A DNA stretch of 50,610 nt from Atractiella rhizophila (taxonomy: Eukaryota), in NCBI GenBank assembly GCA_021432655.1, contig MU271208.1, positions 78,037 through 128,646 on the forward strand, given 5' to 3'. Numbering within the stretch: the stretch's first letter is position 1; each line of letters starts with the position of its first letter. The notes beneath the pieces were generated by a model, which was not told where the DNA came from, made no database searches, and saw only the letters and a list, made by a program, of their open reading frames with translations. Below, piece by piece: positions 49,687 through 50,610 of this stretch. The translations under genes were made by a program, and so were the position numbers.

Positions 49687-50610
49687 TCACTCCACTCTCC
49701 GTCTCTTCCTCCTCCCCTCGCCCCCTCCATCTCCATCCGGTGCCATTCCAGGCTGAGAAAACACCTTAATATCCGTTCCACCTCCTCCCTCCTCCAACGC
49801 CGGATCGAGGGGCACCTCTCCCATTCCACTCTCCACACCATGACCATGACCATGACCATCCACCCCCTCTCCTCCTCCCACTTCCACGCCGACGTCCAAC
49901 CCCATATCCAATCCCATCTCCAGCCCCTGCATCTGCATCTGCATCTCCATGTCCATCGCGCCCCACCGCCGCTCCCTCCCTCTCCGTTGTCGTCGCAGTC
50001 GCCAGGTCCGTTCGTGCTCCCGTTGAGGTTAAGAGAGGAGGAGGGATCGACGGATGAGGGTTGGAGGTGGGAGGTGGCCGATTTTTCGGCTTCTCTCCTC
50101 TCTTTGCGTTTCTTGGCTTCTGCTCTCTGTTCACCGACCGTCATTAGTGATCAGGGATGAGCTCGGTTTGGCTTGAGAGACTAAGAGAGACAAAGGATGA
50201 TGTTACGACGCTTTCCAAGGGATAAACGCGCTCACGAAAGGATGTACTTTAATCGCACTTTAAAATATTGAATGCTCTTTCGACGCACTTATGTGCGCAT
50301 TTCGGGCCTTTCCCTCAACTACAACGATGGAATTCCTCCCACTCGAAAAACAAAGTAAATTGAAATGCAGTTCATCGCATCGTCGCACTTTTTAGCAGAC
50401 GACCGTCCTCCTAAGACGAGCTCCCAGCTGCCATTCCCAACAACAAACACATCACCAACAAACAAAAAAAACAAACAAAAGATCAAAAAAAAGCACACAC
50501 CTTATACCTCCTATGTTCGGGCCTCTTCTTCCCGCGTCCGATCGCCCGCACGATTATCCAGGAACCGAAATGATGAGCTGCTGCGCCTTCCAGCTGCCTT
50601 CACAGAGCCT
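49687..50610 (-). CDS. 3' end of an unidentified gene entering from beyond the window; low-complexity C-terminus ending RRKRRRVE
   Basis: RLCEGSWKAQQLIISV exon, a 374-nt intron (50500-50127), then RAEAKKRKERRE and a Gly/Met/Asp-rich tail. Apparent single-base frameshifts. Confidence 0.45.

Noticed and set aside
49838..49950. CATGAC and CATCTG hexamer repeats
   Set aside because: Coding microsatellites for GH and MQ dipeptide runs, not an array with spacers.

Overview
Intron-rich fungal DNA, most likely basidiomycete (inferred from ~50-60 nt GT-AG introns with CTRAY branch sites, FunK1 kinases and expanded F-box genes). The left ~21 kb is mostly housekeeping and metabolic genes: YME2 (partial), a P-loop sulfotransferase-like gene, a nuclease-like/kinase-like gene, a Gfo/Idh/MocA oxidoreductase, the seven-zinc-knuckle GIS2/CNBP gene, an F-box protein, an in-frame DUF2156-AspRS fusion (ErdS-like, with domain order reversed relative to Aspergillus ErdS) and a 2OG-Fe(II) dioxygenase. 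The right ~29 kb is a rearranged accessory region. It holds atypical kinases, a decayed 1.19-kb tandem repeat, a FunK1 gene and its deleted paralog, and two NmrA-like copies flanking the FunK1 gene. It also holds a ~4.06-kb microhomology-bounded tandem duplication that fuses a secreted carboxylesterase in frame to an F-box gene. Four genes carry oversized introns (310-893 nt), two with plausible poison exons. No rRNA, tRNA, CRISPR array or intact transposase was recognised. All gene models were spliced by eye and domain calls come from motif recognition, not database searches.
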